Source of the DNA: an uncultured Gemmatimonadales bacterium
GTDB lineage: Bacteria > Gemmatimonadota > Gemmatimonadetes > Gemmatimonadales > GWC2-71-9
Length of the DNA stretch: 64,000 nucleotides
Reading direction: 5' to 3'
Assembly: GCA_963739455.1 (NCBI GenBank)
Contig: CAVUAK010000001.1
Span: 231,300-295,299 of the forward strand
The first letter of the stretch is position 1. The number at the start of each line of letters is the position of its first letter. The position numbers were made by a program, and so were the translations under genes. The notes under the pieces are model-generated. The model was not told the DNA's origin. It made no database searches and saw only the letters and a program-made list of their open reading frames with translations. Below, piece by piece: positions 9,708 to 19,394 of this stretch.

Positions 9708-12131
9708 CTACCGGCCGGTCGGGGTGGACCAGCCCGTCCACCATGGCAGGCTGCCCGGGCCGGTCGCGCCCAGGTAGGTCGCCGAGACGTCGAAGAAACC
9801 GTCGTTGGGTGGCGTGGCACCGGTTGCCGTCGCCGCGGCACCGATCGGCGTGTAGTTCGCGATCGTCGTGAACGGCGACGCGATGAAGCTCGTCGTCGCA
9901 CCCGCCGGAACCGCCATGGCATTGCTCGGGTAGGTGATGGTGCCAGCCAGCCCGTAACCGGGGAGGAGGCTGTAGTCCTGCGTCCCGCCGGTGTACCCGA
10001 TCCACGTCGCTTCCAGGTCGCTGTTAGCGGCGTTCACCGTGTACTGACCACAGACCGTGCCAGGCGTCGGCAGGACTGGGTCCCCGGTGTCACCATCGCC
10101 GTTCGCCGAGTTGCCGAAGAACATGGCGTTGCGGAACGTCAGCGAATCCTTGGCGATCACCTTGCAGATATCCTGCGACAGCACCAGGCCGGCAGTTGCG
10201 CCAGCGGGCTGGTCGATATCGAGACCCGCCTTCCAGCCACCGACCAGGAAGTTGCGCAGCGTCCCGCCGGTGTTCTGGCGCAGGATGACACCCGCCGTAA
10301 CGGAGGAGGTGGTCGGGTCCGGCGCGCCCAGCAGCGTGAAGTTGTAGAGCGTCGGCGCCGAACGCGGCGCTGCTTCCGGGTCGGTCCCGTTGCCGTCGAT
10401 GCCGAAGTTGTCGGCCTCGATGCCACGATCACAGCCGGTCTGGCAGCCGCGCACGATCACGAACTGCGCCTTGCCCCGGTAGCCAGCCACCCAGTCGAAT
10501 CCGTCATCCTGGGTGCGGTTGATCACGAGGTGCTTCACGTTCACGGTGCCGCCGAAGAACTCGACGCCGTCATCCAGGCCGTTGTCGGTGCTTACGTAGT
10601 CGATGGTCGTTCCACTGCCGATGCCCTGCAGCGTGAGCGAGTTGCGCTCGTTCGTTGCCGTGAAGCGCGTACCGGCGTTGACGATGCGAACGTACGTCAG
10701 GCTGCCGCTGTTGTCGGCCGGGTCGTTGCCGCCGTAGGGGCCGGTGTTGCCCTCACCGGTCGGGCAGATGCCGCCCGAGCCCGCACCGCGACCGGCCTGG
10801 TCGCCCGGAACCGTCACGGCCGGACAGGCGGAGCCGTTGTTCACCGGCGCCAATCCGTTGATGTAGACACCGCCGAAGCAGCCGGCGCCGAACGGGCCAC
10901 CGTTGGTGGCCGAGGCCACCGGCTCATAGCAGTTGAACTCGACCGGCTTGAGGAACGTGCCATTCGCGAAGATCTGCGAGTTGCGGTCGATCACCAGCGT
11001 GTTGCTGTCCGACAGCACCAGAGTGCCCGGCCCGATCGTGAGCTTGGCGCCGGTGACGTTGCAGACCGGGTTGGCGCCGGTCGGCTTCGGGATCACCCAC
11101 ACATGCGTGGAATCCCACGTGGTGTTCACCGTGATCGGGCAGCTCACCACCTGCTCCGAGGCCAGCGCGCCGCGGCCGGCGATCTGCTTGCCGGCCACCG
11201 GACGGGTGCCCGGGGCCACCGCTTCGTTCGCAATTTCGAGCGCGTCGATCAGGTTGATCGTGCCCGAGTTCGGGTTGCTGCAGCTCTCGAGGCCGGGACG
11301 GCAGGCACCAGCGAGGCCACCGTTGGTCGGCTGCACGTTCGCCGCCACCACCAGGTCCTTGCGTGATGCACTTCCGATGGCTCCATCAGTGCCCTGGATC
11401 GCGAACAGGTTGCCCACCGCGACGTTGCTGACATCGAGCGCATCGGCGAGGGACACGCCGCCGCTCAGGTTCACGTCACCATACTTGAGGTTGACGAGTC
11501 CCAGGTCGCCCGGGTTGGCGCTGATCGGGCCGGTCGGCCGGTAGCCGGCGTCGAGCAGCCCCTGCCAGTCCTGCACGGTGAGGATGCGGGCCGACTCCGG
11601 CACGCTGAAGTTCCCCACTCGCACTTCCGGATCCACGTTCGCTCGCTTCACGTACAGCAGCTGCTGGCCTGCGGTGCCACCGATCTCATAGTCGAACTTG
11701 AGGCTCGCCGCGTAGTTGGCACGCGTCACTTCGAACAACAGCACCGATGCGTGCTCCGGCAATCCCGCCGGGTTCAGCACGCCCAGCCGCAGGCTGCCCT
11801 CACGCGCCGCGGAGGCGTTGACGATCGTCGCCGTCGAGCGATCCTCCGGCTGGCCCACATAGCGGAGCGCCGCAGGACTGAAATGCAACGTGCCCTGCAG
11901 GGCGCCCAGCGACTTCCCGTCGATCTTCCCGACGCGAAGGGCCACGGCCACGCGCTGGCCGACCGGCGTATTCAGGTTCGAAACCTCGACCGCGAGGTTC
12001 ACATCCTGGCTTGACTCGGGCACCGCCGCCGGCTCGCTCGGCACGCCATGGTCGCTGTTACAGGCAGCGGCCAGGACGAGTCCGGCGGCGACCAGCGCGC
12101 GCTCGAATCGTGAGTTGAGGTGCAATCGCAT
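9708..12131 (-). CDS. surface lipoprotein: cohesin-like N-domain, dockerin-like EF-hand pair, beta-helix-like C-region
   Basis: 807 aa. Lipobox LVLAAAC. GDVNLSGGVSLADAL and NPNSGTINLIDAL segments (D/N-x-N-x-S/D-G-x-I/V-x-x-x-D). DDGVEFFGGTVNVKHLV..DDGFDWVAGYRGKAQF block. C-terminal LPWWTGWSTP. GGAGAA Shine-Dalgarno upstream. Confidence 0.7.
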   Translation of the reverse strand: MRLHLNSRFERALVAAGLVLAAACNSDHGVPSEPAAVPESSQDVNLAVEVSNLNTPVGQRVAVALRVGKIDGKSLGALQGTLHFSPAALRYVGQPEDRSTATIVNASAAREGSLRLGVLNPAGLPEHASVLLFEVTRANYAASLKFDYEIGGTAGQQLLYVKRANVDPEVRVGNFSVPESARILTVQDWQGLLDAGYRPTGPISANPGDLGLVNLKYGDVNLSGGVSLADALDVSNVAVGNLFAIQGTDGAIGSASRKDLVVAANVQPTNGGLAGACRPGLESCSNPNSGTINLIDALEIANEAVAPGTRPVAGKQIAGRGALASEQVVSCPITVNTTWDSTHVWVIPKPTGANPVCNVTGAKLTIGPGTLVLSDSNTLVIDRNSQIFANGTFLKPVEFNCYEPVASATNGGPFGAGCFGGVYINGLAPVNNGSACPAVTVPGDQAGRGAGSGGICPTGEGNTGPYGGNDPADNSGSLTYVRIVNAGTRFTATNERNSLTLQGIGSGTTIDYVSTDNGLDDGVEFFGGTVNVKHLVINRTQDDGFDWVAGYRGKAQFVIVRGCQTGCDRGIEADNFGIDGNGTDPEAAPRSAPTLYNFTLLGAPDPTTSSVTAGVILRQNTGGTLRNFLVGGWKAGLDIDQPAGATAGLVLSQDICKVIAKDSLTFRNAMFFGNSANGDGDTGDPVLPTPGTVCGQYTVNAANSDLEATWIGYTGGTQDYSLLPGYGLAGTITYPSNAMAVPAGATTSFIASPFTTIANYTPIGAAATATGATPPNDGFFDVSATYLGATGPGSLPWWTGWSTPTGR

Positions 12132-12206
12132 GGATCACGTTCTCCAGTCTTCGGGTGATTCCGGACCCGGCCAGTGCTCCTGGCCGGGCCGGAATGAACT
12201 GTTGGT

Positions 12207-14147
12207 TCAGGGCGTGGTCGGGATCGTGGTCGACCCGTCGTTGCCCTGCACGAAGGCGCTCACGTTGATCGTGCCCGTGGTGATCGCGTTGTAGATGTTG
12301 ACGTCGAAGGCCGAGAGCGCGGCGGTGGTGGCCAGCGATGCACCCGGGAGCAGCTCGAACGTGCATGAGCCGATCGGGATGTTGGCGCTGTTGGCGACAC
12401 CAGTGCCTGCCTGGACCGCACCCGGCACCAGCACGCCCGGGGTGGCGGTACCGACGGTGAAGATCGTCCACGCCCGGCCCGGCGCGCAGTTGGACGTCGG
12501 GTCGTTGTCGAGGATCTGGAGGCGCGACGTCGGGTAGGTCGAGTTGAACTGGATCGTGTTCAACCGGTCCGTCGCCGCTTCCGTCGCGTCGTTGCGCGTG
12601 CTCATGTCGATGCGCCACGAGATCGTGATCAGCTGCCGCGCCTGGCCCAGCGCGTTGGTGCCCGCCGTAACCGGGCTCCACGTCGCGTACGCCTGGTAGA
12701 ATGACGGGGCCGGTGAGCAGGTCACCGCGAATGACACCGTCTGCGCCGCCGCGCCGGTGAGCCCGCTGTAGTTGGCCGCCGTCGCACCGGTGAAGCTGGT
12801 CGGCGTGCAGCTGGCCGGAATGCCGGTCACCGACACCGTGCCGGCGCCGCCCGGGGCGACGTACTGCACCGCGCTGCTGAAGGCACCAGCGGCGCTCGGG
12901 CTGATCGTCACCGGCGGAAGGCCGGCACCGGTCGGCGTGATCGTCACCGACGCGCCCGCGAGCGACGGCGCCACGGCCAGGCCACCGGCCAGCGTGACGT
13001 TGATCGTGCCGTTGACGGTGCCGGTCAGGGCGCTGCAGGTGACGCTGACGTCGGGCAGGGAAACAGTGCCGGCAGTGCTGATCGCCGGGACCGCGACGCC
13101 AGCCGGGGCAACGCAGCCGCTCGGCAGGTTGGTCAGCGTCAGCGTGCGCGCCGGACCAGCCGTCACATTGTTGATGATGAGGTTGTACGCCGGGGCGGCC
13201 GCGTTCGTGCTGACGCCGCTGAAGCCGCCGGGGGCGATCGTGCCCGTGGCGCCGGTGATCACGCCGATCTGCGGGGAAGACACCCGTGCCTGCACCGTCG
13301 CCGTCACCGCCGGGCCGCTGTTCTGCAGGTCGGCCGCGGTGAGGATCAGGGAACGGAAGTTGGAAACCGTCGCGTCGATGATGTAGCCGACCGTCTGGGT
13401 CGAGCTGCTCGCCAGCGGCCCGAGCGGGGCGCCGAAGGCCTCGTAGCGATAGCAGTCGTTCGCCGCTGCCGCTGCGCAATCGCTGTCGTTGAACCAGTTC
13501 CACGGCGCGCCGTTGAGCGCCGCGGTACCGTCGCCATTCCAGTCATCGCTCGTGGTCACTTCGCCCCGGTTCGGCATCACGATGATCACTTCGTTCTGGC
13601 TGCCGGTGGCGCCGCCAGTGGTCGTGGTCACGTTGTTGGCGAAGGGGAAGCTGTAGATAGCCTGTGCGGTGAGGCTCGGCGGGGTCGGAAATGCCACGTT
13701 GCTGTTGCCGCCTGGACGGACCAGCTGCACCCCGCTCAGCTTGTTGGTCAGGGTGATGTCGAACGTCACCCGGATCTTGCCCGGGGGGGCGTTCACGCCC
13801 GGCAGGCCGGCGTTGAAGTTGGAGGCCGTGATGTCAATGACGTCACCACCCTGCAGGCCGGCGTTGATGTCCTTCGACACGCCACGACCCTTCCCGGCTG
13901 ACCCGATGCTCCCGCTCAATCCCGTCACGGGCGCCGACACCTTCACCGTCTTCTTCGCGACGTTCACGTCGAACACAAACGCTGCCTGGTTGAACTGCGG
14001 ATTCGGTGCCGGGTCACCCGGAACGTCCGGGCCGGCGGGCGAATCGGACTTCGCGCTGCAAGCGCCGAGTCCGAGTGCGGCGGCGGTGACCAGCATGGTC
14101 ATCGTGCGCGCGTTGACGCCCCGGTTGAGGGGGAAACCGAGAAACAT
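12207..14147 (-). CDS. lipoprotein with Cys-bracketed Ig-like repeats and a C-terminal cohesin-like domain
   Basis: ORF extends to 14294, but ATG 14147 is preceded by AGGAGG and gives MFLGF..MTMLVTAAALGLGAC (lipobox). The C-terminal ...TIFTVGTATPGVLVPGAVQAGTGV... matches a motif in the 801-aa protein. Confidence 0.65.
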   Translation of the reverse strand: MFLGFPLNRGVNARTMTMLVTAAALGLGACSAKSDSPAGPDVPGDPAPNPQFNQAAFVFDVNVAKKTVKVSAPVTGLSGSIGSAGKGRGVSKDINAGLQGGDVIDITASNFNAGLPGVNAPPGKIRVTFDITLTNKLSGVQLVRPGGNSNVAFPTPPSLTAQAIYSFPFANNVTTTTGGATGSQNEVIIVMPNRGEVTTSDDWNGDGTAALNGAPWNWFNDSDCAAAAANDCYRYEAFGAPLGPLASSSTQTVGYIIDATVSNFRSLILTAADLQNSGPAVTATVQARVSSPQIGVITGATGTIAPGGFSGVSTNAAAPAYNLIINNVTAGPARTLTLTNLPSGCVAPAGVAVPAISTAGTVSLPDVSVTCSALTGTVNGTINVTLAGGLAVAPSLAGASVTITPTGAGLPPVTISPSAAGAFSSAVQYVAPGGAGTVSVTGIPASCTPTSFTGATAANYSGLTGAAAQTVSFAVTCSPAPSFYQAYATWSPVTAGTNALGQARQLITISWRIDMSTRNDATEAATDRLNTIQFNSTYPTSRLQILDNDPTSNCAPGRAWTIFTVGTATPGVLVPGAVQAGTGVANSANIPIGSCTFELLPGASLATTAALSAFDVNIYNAITTGTINVSAFVQGNDGSTTIPTTP

Positions 14148-14290
14148 GCGACCTCCTGAAGTTGGTGGGCTGGCGACTGCGGTTACCGCAGCGACCACAA
14201 GATCCCGCCCACCACACACAGCACGGTGATTCCTCTGTAGCACGTTGATAAGCGACGGAGGCGCAATCGGTGACACCGTTGTGATGTCGC

Positions 14291-16696
14291 TCACGGCGCG
14301 GTGAACGTTCCCTCGACCACGCGCGTGAGCGAGCCATAGCTGAAATCACCAGTCGCCGGCGTGCCTAGCAGCGCGCCGAGGATGCTTTGTGTCGTTGTCG
14401 TGGTACCTGGCGCACCAATGACATCGAACTTCACCCGTGCGATCGGTACCACACTCTGGGAGTTCTGCGCGGTCACCGATCCGCTGAAGCTGATGTCACC
14501 CTGCGGCGCGTTCGTGAAGTTGAACCCGCCCGGTGTACCCGAATCGATGTTGAGCGCGAAGAAGCGAAGCACCGCCGGGTCCCACTTGAGGCGCACCACC
14601 GCCCACGCGGCGAGCGCCTCCGGCCCCGGGGTCTGCGGGATATCAGTGGTCAGGTCGAACAGGATGGTCAGCGTCACCTGGCCGTTCACTACCGGCCCGA
14701 AGGACGATGACCAGGTGAAGGGTTGCCCGCCGCCACCTCCTCCGTCGGAGATGGTGACGCCGGCCGTGGCCGAGTTCTGGGCGCCGGAGTTGTCAGTCAC
14801 CGTGAGCGTCGCGGTGTACGAGCCCGCCGCGGCATAGGCATGCGGGGCGACAGCGCCACTGCCCGTGGCACCGTCACCGAAGTTCCAGGCATATGACACG
14901 ATGCTGCCGTCGGGATCGCTCGACGCCGAGCCATCGAACGAAATCGACGCCCCGACTGACCCGGCATACGGGCCGCCCGGACGTGCGATCGGTGGCAGGT
15001 TGCCTCCACCGCCGCCCTCGCTGATCGTCGCCGTCGTCGTCGCCGTCGAGCTGGCACCGAGGTTGTCGGTTACCCGCAGCGACACCGTGAACGGACTGCC
15101 GCTGGTGCTGGTGTACGTATGGCTCGGCGTTGGCCCGATCGCGGTGCCACCGTCGCCGAACGACCACTCATAGGTCGCAATCGTTCCGTCGGGATCCGAC
15201 GATCCCGCGCCGTTGAACGCGATCGGCGATCCCACGGTCCCGCTGTACGGACCACCCGGTGCCGCCACCGGCGGCTGGTTCGTGCTGCCGCCACCAGTCC
15301 CCACCGTCAGCGTCGCTTCCTGCTTGCGCACCTGATCCGAGATGTTGAGCACCTCAGTCGGGTTTGCGGCGGTGTTCGCACTGACCTCGATGCCGGTCGT
15401 CTGCGTCGTGAACGTGGCGCCGTTGGCGGCTCCCGGGAGCACGGTGAAGTACAGCCTTGCCACGGTCACCAGCCCCGGCACGCCAAGGCCCGCCTTCACG
15501 CCGCCCGGGATGACCTGACCCGGGGTTGCCGTGCCGACGACGAAGATCGTGTTCAGCTGGCCCGCCAGCGCACTGTCGTACTGCACCACCGCCTGGTCGA
15601 AGGTGATCGTCGCCTGGGCCGTCGTGGCCCGCTTGTCCGGCTCGGCGCGCAGGTCGAGTTGCACCAGGAGCTCAACCACCGAACCCGCCGGTGATGTCGC
15701 CGGAGTGAAGGTGCTCGTCAGGATGAACGGCTTGTTGCCCGCGTCGGGATCAGTGCAGGTCACCGTGAAGGTGCGTTCGGTGGTCACGCCCGCCGTCACC
15801 GGTACGTCATCCAGCGTGGCCCCACCTTCCACCGTGCAGTTGTCCGGCACCTCCTGCAGCAGCACCTGGTAGCTGCCCGGCCGGAGCCCCGTCAGCAACT
15901 CCGTGCTGTTGGCGCTCGATGTCGTCTGCTCGATCACCACCGCCTGCAGTGAATCGGTGATCCCGACCACCTTGAGGTGATAGTTGGCCGGCAGGTCGTC
16001 GCCCGTCGTCGCGATCGTGAGCTTGAGGTCGCCCAGCGACGGATCGCTGCACGACACGAGGTAGGACACCGCCTGCACCGTGTTGAGCCCCTGGTCCGTG
16101 ACGGTGACATTCCGCTGAAGGCTGTCGACCGGGACACAGTTGGGCGCGAGATCGCCCAGGACGATGTGATACGCGCCCGGCCGGAGCGGCGACACGGTCC
16201 TGGTGCCGGTAGCATCCAGCTGCACGACCGCGGTGTCCGTGGCACTGCTGATGTGCGCCTCGAACCCGTCCGGGTCGAGCGCCACGGCCGGTCCCTGGGT
16301 CTTCGTCTGGATCGTGATGCCCGGCAGCGGCGGGGTGGACGTTCCCGACACCGTGGTGAAGCCGAGGCTCGAGCCCTGGCGATCGATGACCTCGAGCCGG
16401 TAGCCGTAACGCGTGTCCGGCCGGACTGCCTGGTCGAGGTATTCGCTTTGGCTGCGATTGACGTTGTCTGCCAGCAGGTCGAATGGCCCGGTGAGGTTTT
16501 CCCTGCGGTACAGCCGGTAGAAGCTGGCGTCGTCCACCGGGGTCCACCGCACTCGGACTGACCTGAGGTTGAGGGCCTCCGCCGAGAACGGCATCGCGCT
16601 GGGTTCGGGCGCGCTGTCTTCGCCGTGGCATCCCGCAGCGACTAGCAGCAGCAGGCCGACGGTGTACCGGGCAATCGAGCGGAGGCTAGAACGCAT
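14291..16696 (-). CDS. multidomain lipoprotein: FN3, Cys-bracketed Ig-like repeats, two cohesin-like domains, two PKD domains
   Basis: 801 aa. Lipobox LLLVAAGC. FN3-like RVRWTPVDDASFYRLYRR. Two PKD signatures (SSDPDG.I..Y.W.FGDG...H.Y...G.Y...L.VTDN.G). The start overlaps the TBDR stop by 11 nt. Confidence 0.75.
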   Translation of the reverse strand: MRSSLRSIARYTVGLLLLVAAGCHGEDSAPEPSAMPFSAEALNLRSVRVRWTPVDDASFYRLYRRENLTGPFDLLADNVNRSQSEYLDQAVRPDTRYGYRLEVIDRQGSSLGFTTVSGTSTPPLPGITIQTKTQGPAVALDPDGFEAHISSATDTAVVQLDATGTRTVSPLRPGAYHIVLGDLAPNCVPVDSLQRNVTVTDQGLNTVQAVSYLVSCSDPSLGDLKLTIATTGDDLPANYHLKVVGITDSLQAVVIEQTTSSANSTELLTGLRPGSYQVLLQEVPDNCTVEGGATLDDVPVTAGVTTERTFTVTCTDPDAGNKPFILTSTFTPATSPAGSVVELLVQLDLRAEPDKRATTAQATITFDQAVVQYDSALAGQLNTIFVVGTATPGQVIPGGVKAGLGVPGLVTVARLYFTVLPGAANGATFTTQTTGIEVSANTAANPTEVLNISDQVRKQEATLTVGTGGGSTNQPPVAAPGGPYSGTVGSPIAFNGAGSSDPDGTIATYEWSFGDGGTAIGPTPSHTYTSTSGSPFTVSLRVTDNLGASSTATTTATISEGGGGGNLPPIARPGGPYAGSVGASISFDGSASSDPDGSIVSYAWNFGDGATGSGAVAPHAYAAAGSYTATLTVTDNSGAQNSATAGVTISDGGGGGGQPFTWSSSFGPVVNGQVTLTILFDLTTDIPQTPGPEALAAWAVVRLKWDPAVLRFFALNIDSGTPGGFNFTNAPQGDISFSGSVTAQNSQSVVPIARVKFDVIGAPGTTTTTQSILGALLGTPATGDFSYGSLTRVVEGTFTAP

Positions 16697-19394
16697 AGTT
16701 CACCGCCACGTTGAGGTCGACGCCGTAGCGCACCGACCCGGCGATGCGCTGTGCGTCGGAGGCACTCTCGTCATCGGTTTCCAGCAGCACCAGCGCGTTG
16801 GTCAGGTTTTTTCCATCGATCGAGAGCTGCCAGTGCTTGGACAGCCCGAACACGACCTTCGCGTCCAGCGTCTCGTGACCAACCTCGATGTAGTTGGGCC
16901 CCTGGGTCTGCCCGCTCAGCGCGCCGTAGCGGAACACCCGGTTCCCGAACCAGTTGAAGAGCAGCGACGCCGTGATGTTGGGCCGCTCCGCCTGGTAGAT
17001 GAAGTCGATGTTGATGAGGTAGGGTGACTGACCCTGGAACTGCAGGTCGGGCGAGAACACGCCCAGGCTGTCCGGCAGCGTAATCCGCGACCGCAGCAGA
17101 GTGACGTTGGCCTGCAGCAGCAGCCCGCGCAGTGCATGGGAAATGAACCCGAGTGACTTCTGGGCCTCGAGCTCGATGCCAATCGTCGAGCCCCGCGTCG
17201 CGTTGACCGGCAGCGACACGAACTCGCCGCTCTGGTATTGCACCACCGTCACGATCGGGTTGTCGAACTGCTTGTAGAAAACGCTCGCCGAGAGCTGCTC
17301 ACCCGCGCCCGGGTAGGTCTCGAACCGGAGGTCATAGTTGAGGATCGTTCCCGGCTCCAGCGCCGGGTTGCCGATCTCGAAGAGGCCGCCCACCACCGGC
17401 GGATAGCCGCCCGGGGCGAACTCCCTGAGCTCCGGACGCACGACCGTCTGCGAGAACGCCGCGCGAAGGTTGCTCGCCGGCGACACCGCCCACGTCAGGT
17501 TGACGGAGGGAAGCCAGTCGGTACTCGCCTTCGAGGGAACGCTCCCTGCATCGGTGGTATCCGCCAGGCGCACCGTGGCGTTCCACTGCTCCATCCGCAG
17601 GCCTCCCACGAAGCGAAGGCGCGGGAACACCTCCATGTCCGCCATCACGAACGCGGCGAAGACATCGTCGGTGCCGGAGTAGGGAAAGATGATGCCGCTG
17701 GTGGGAACGATCTGGATGAGGCCGTCGCTGCTGGCGCCCATGTTTTCCGGCGCGAACGCCTGTTCCGGCGGCAGCAGGCGCGTGGAAAGCGGAGCTCCGC
17801 CGGTGATCATCTGGTAGGCGGCGCCGTCCAGGTTGCGGTTCGTGAACCGCCCCAGCGCACCCACCTTGAATTCCGCGTCCCCCTCCTCACGCAGGGTGAA
17901 GGGCGTCGCGTACGAGAAGTCGCCCTGCGTGGTGATGTCGGTGAAGTCGTAGTTGTACCGGAAATTGGGAAACTGGTCCAGCAGCTGGAATCCCGGCCCG
18001 CCGGCCTGTGACACATAGGTCAGCTGGCGGTTGTCGTTGTCGCTCCGTCCTGCCCGGCCATACCCGGCCCGCCACTCCAGCCGCCCGTTGGGTAGCAGGT
18101 GCTCCCCCTCGACCAGGCCCTGGTAGATGAACCGCTCGATGAAGAACATCTGGTAGAGCTTGATCGCCGCGTCGTTCGGGTCGATGCGGACGCCCGAGCC
18201 GAGCGTGGAAGTGCTTGTCGATCCCGTGGTGTAGAAATTCTTGAACGACAGCTTGTTGCGGGAGCCAAGCCGGTAACTGAAGTTCGCGATCGCGCCGAAG
18301 TCGGCCAGCGCGGAGGCCACGTTGTAGGTGTACGCCCCCGAGCCCAGTGTGCTGTACAGGTCCGGCACGTACGTCCGCGCCGCCGAGGTGTTGAGCGCCA
18401 GTGAAAGGCCGAAGACATCCGACTGGCCGATGTCGAAGCTTGTGCCGAACGACGCCTGCAGCGATGCCGCGGGCAGCACGGTGCTGCTCGCCGGGGTCCA
18501 CACATTCGCGAATCCCTGCGAGAAGACCACCGGATCCGGGTTGGGCGGCGGCGTGGCACCCGCACCGCGCCAGCCTGGAAAGGGAACGTCCTCGAAGGTG
18601 CCGTTGCTGTTGTAGCCACCCTTCACCTGGAAGGTGAACTCCGTCTCCTCCGGGAACTCCTTGGTGCGGATGTCTGCCGATCCGCCGGCAAAGTCGCCCG
18701 GCCGGTCGGGCGTGGCCGTCTTCTGCACCACGAGTGCCTCGAGCAACGACGACGGGAAGGCATTGAGCGGTACCAGCTGCTTGTCCGGCTCGGGGCTCGC
18801 CACCTCGATGCCGTTCAGTACCGACGTGCTGTATCGCTCCGTGAGTCCACGAATGACGACCTTGTCGGCCAGCACTGCAACGCCGGAGACCCGGGTGATC
18901 GCAGCACCCGCGTCCGAGTCCGGTGTCTTGCTCATGAACTCGGCGCTCACGCCGTCACTCTCCACCGCAGAGTTCTTCTGTTCCGAGAGCAGCCCCGCGT
19001 CAGATGACGCCGCCTCGGGCAACTCGGCCGCGACCGCGAGCTCCTCGAGCTGCACTGTGGCCGTGTTGAGCGCCATGGTGATCACCGTCGTCTGGCCCGC
19101 CGTGACCCGCACGCTGTCCACCCGCGCCGGCTTGAATCCGAGCTGCCGCCCCGTCACCGAGTAGACACCCACCGGTAGTGCCACCGACCGGAAGCGGCCG
19201 TCGAGGTCGGACTCCGCCTTGCCGAGTTGTCCGGTTACCTCGATGGTCACTCCCTGCAGTGGCTTGCCGGAGCCGCCATCCACCACGCGTCCCGCAATCC
19301 TCCCGGTGGCAGCCGGCGCCTGTGCCGCAGCCACACGCGCCAGCCCCAGGCCGATGATCACGAGCCCGGTGAAGACCCGACATGTCACGCGCAT
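16686..19394 (-). CDS. TonB-dependent outer-membrane receptor with an N-terminal carboxypeptidase-regulatory-like domain
   Basis: ORF extends to 19466. ATG 19394 gives signal peptide MRVTCRVFTGLVIIGLGLARVAAAQA. GRIAGRVVD..GKPLQGVTIEV (CarboxypepD_reg). Plug-like ITRVSGVAV..VVIRGL..STSVLNG. Long beta-barrel ending ..VAVNYAF (terminal Phe). Confidence 0.85.
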   Translation of the reverse strand: MRVTCRVFTGLVIIGLGLARVAAAQAPAATGRIAGRVVDGGSGKPLQGVTIEVTGQLGKAESDLDGRFRSVALPVGVYSVTGRQLGFKPARVDSVRVTAGQTTVITMALNTATVQLEELAVAAELPEAASSDAGLLSEQKNSAVESDGVSAEFMSKTPDSDAGAAITRVSGVAVLADKVVIRGLTERYSTSVLNGIEVASPEPDKQLVPLNAFPSSLLEALVVQKTATPDRPGDFAGGSADIRTKEFPEETEFTFQVKGGYNSNGTFEDVPFPGWRGAGATPPPNPDPVVFSQGFANVWTPASSTVLPAASLQASFGTSFDIGQSDVFGLSLALNTSAARTYVPDLYSTLGSGAYTYNVASALADFGAIANFSYRLGSRNKLSFKNFYTTGSTSTSTLGSGVRIDPNDAAIKLYQMFFIERFIYQGLVEGEHLLPNGRLEWRAGYGRAGRSDNDNRQLTYVSQAGGPGFQLLDQFPNFRYNYDFTDITTQGDFSYATPFTLREEGDAEFKVGALGRFTNRNLDGAAYQMITGGAPLSTRLLPPEQAFAPENMGASSDGLIQIVPTSGIIFPYSGTDDVFAAFVMADMEVFPRLRFVGGLRMEQWNATVRLADTTDAGSVPSKASTDWLPSVNLTWAVSPASNLRAAFSQTVVRPELREFAPGGYPPVVGGLFEIGNPALEPGTILNYDLRFETYPGAGEQLSASVFYKQFDNPIVTVVQYQSGEFVSLPVNATRGSTIGIELEAQKSLGFISHALRGLLLQANVTLLRSRITLPDSLGVFSPDLQFQGQSPYLINIDFIYQAERPNITASLLFNWFGNRVFRYGALSGQTQGPNYIEVGHETLDAKVVFGLSKHWQLSIDGKNLTNALVLLETDDESASDAQRIAGSVRYGVDLNVAVNYAF

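Noticed and set aside
12058-13503. Very long antisense or alternative-frame ORFs in the track: 12058..13503 (481 aa), 34130..35581 (483 aa), 37520..39061 (513 aa), 42084..43451 (455 aa), 44318..45535 (405 aa), 48316..49593 (425 aa) and 55822..57042 (406 aa).
   Set aside because: They lie opposite or overlapping CDSs with strong domain evidence. They are Arg/Gly/Pro/Ala-rich with no motifs. Stop-codon scarcity in GC-rich DNA is expected to produce such ORFs.
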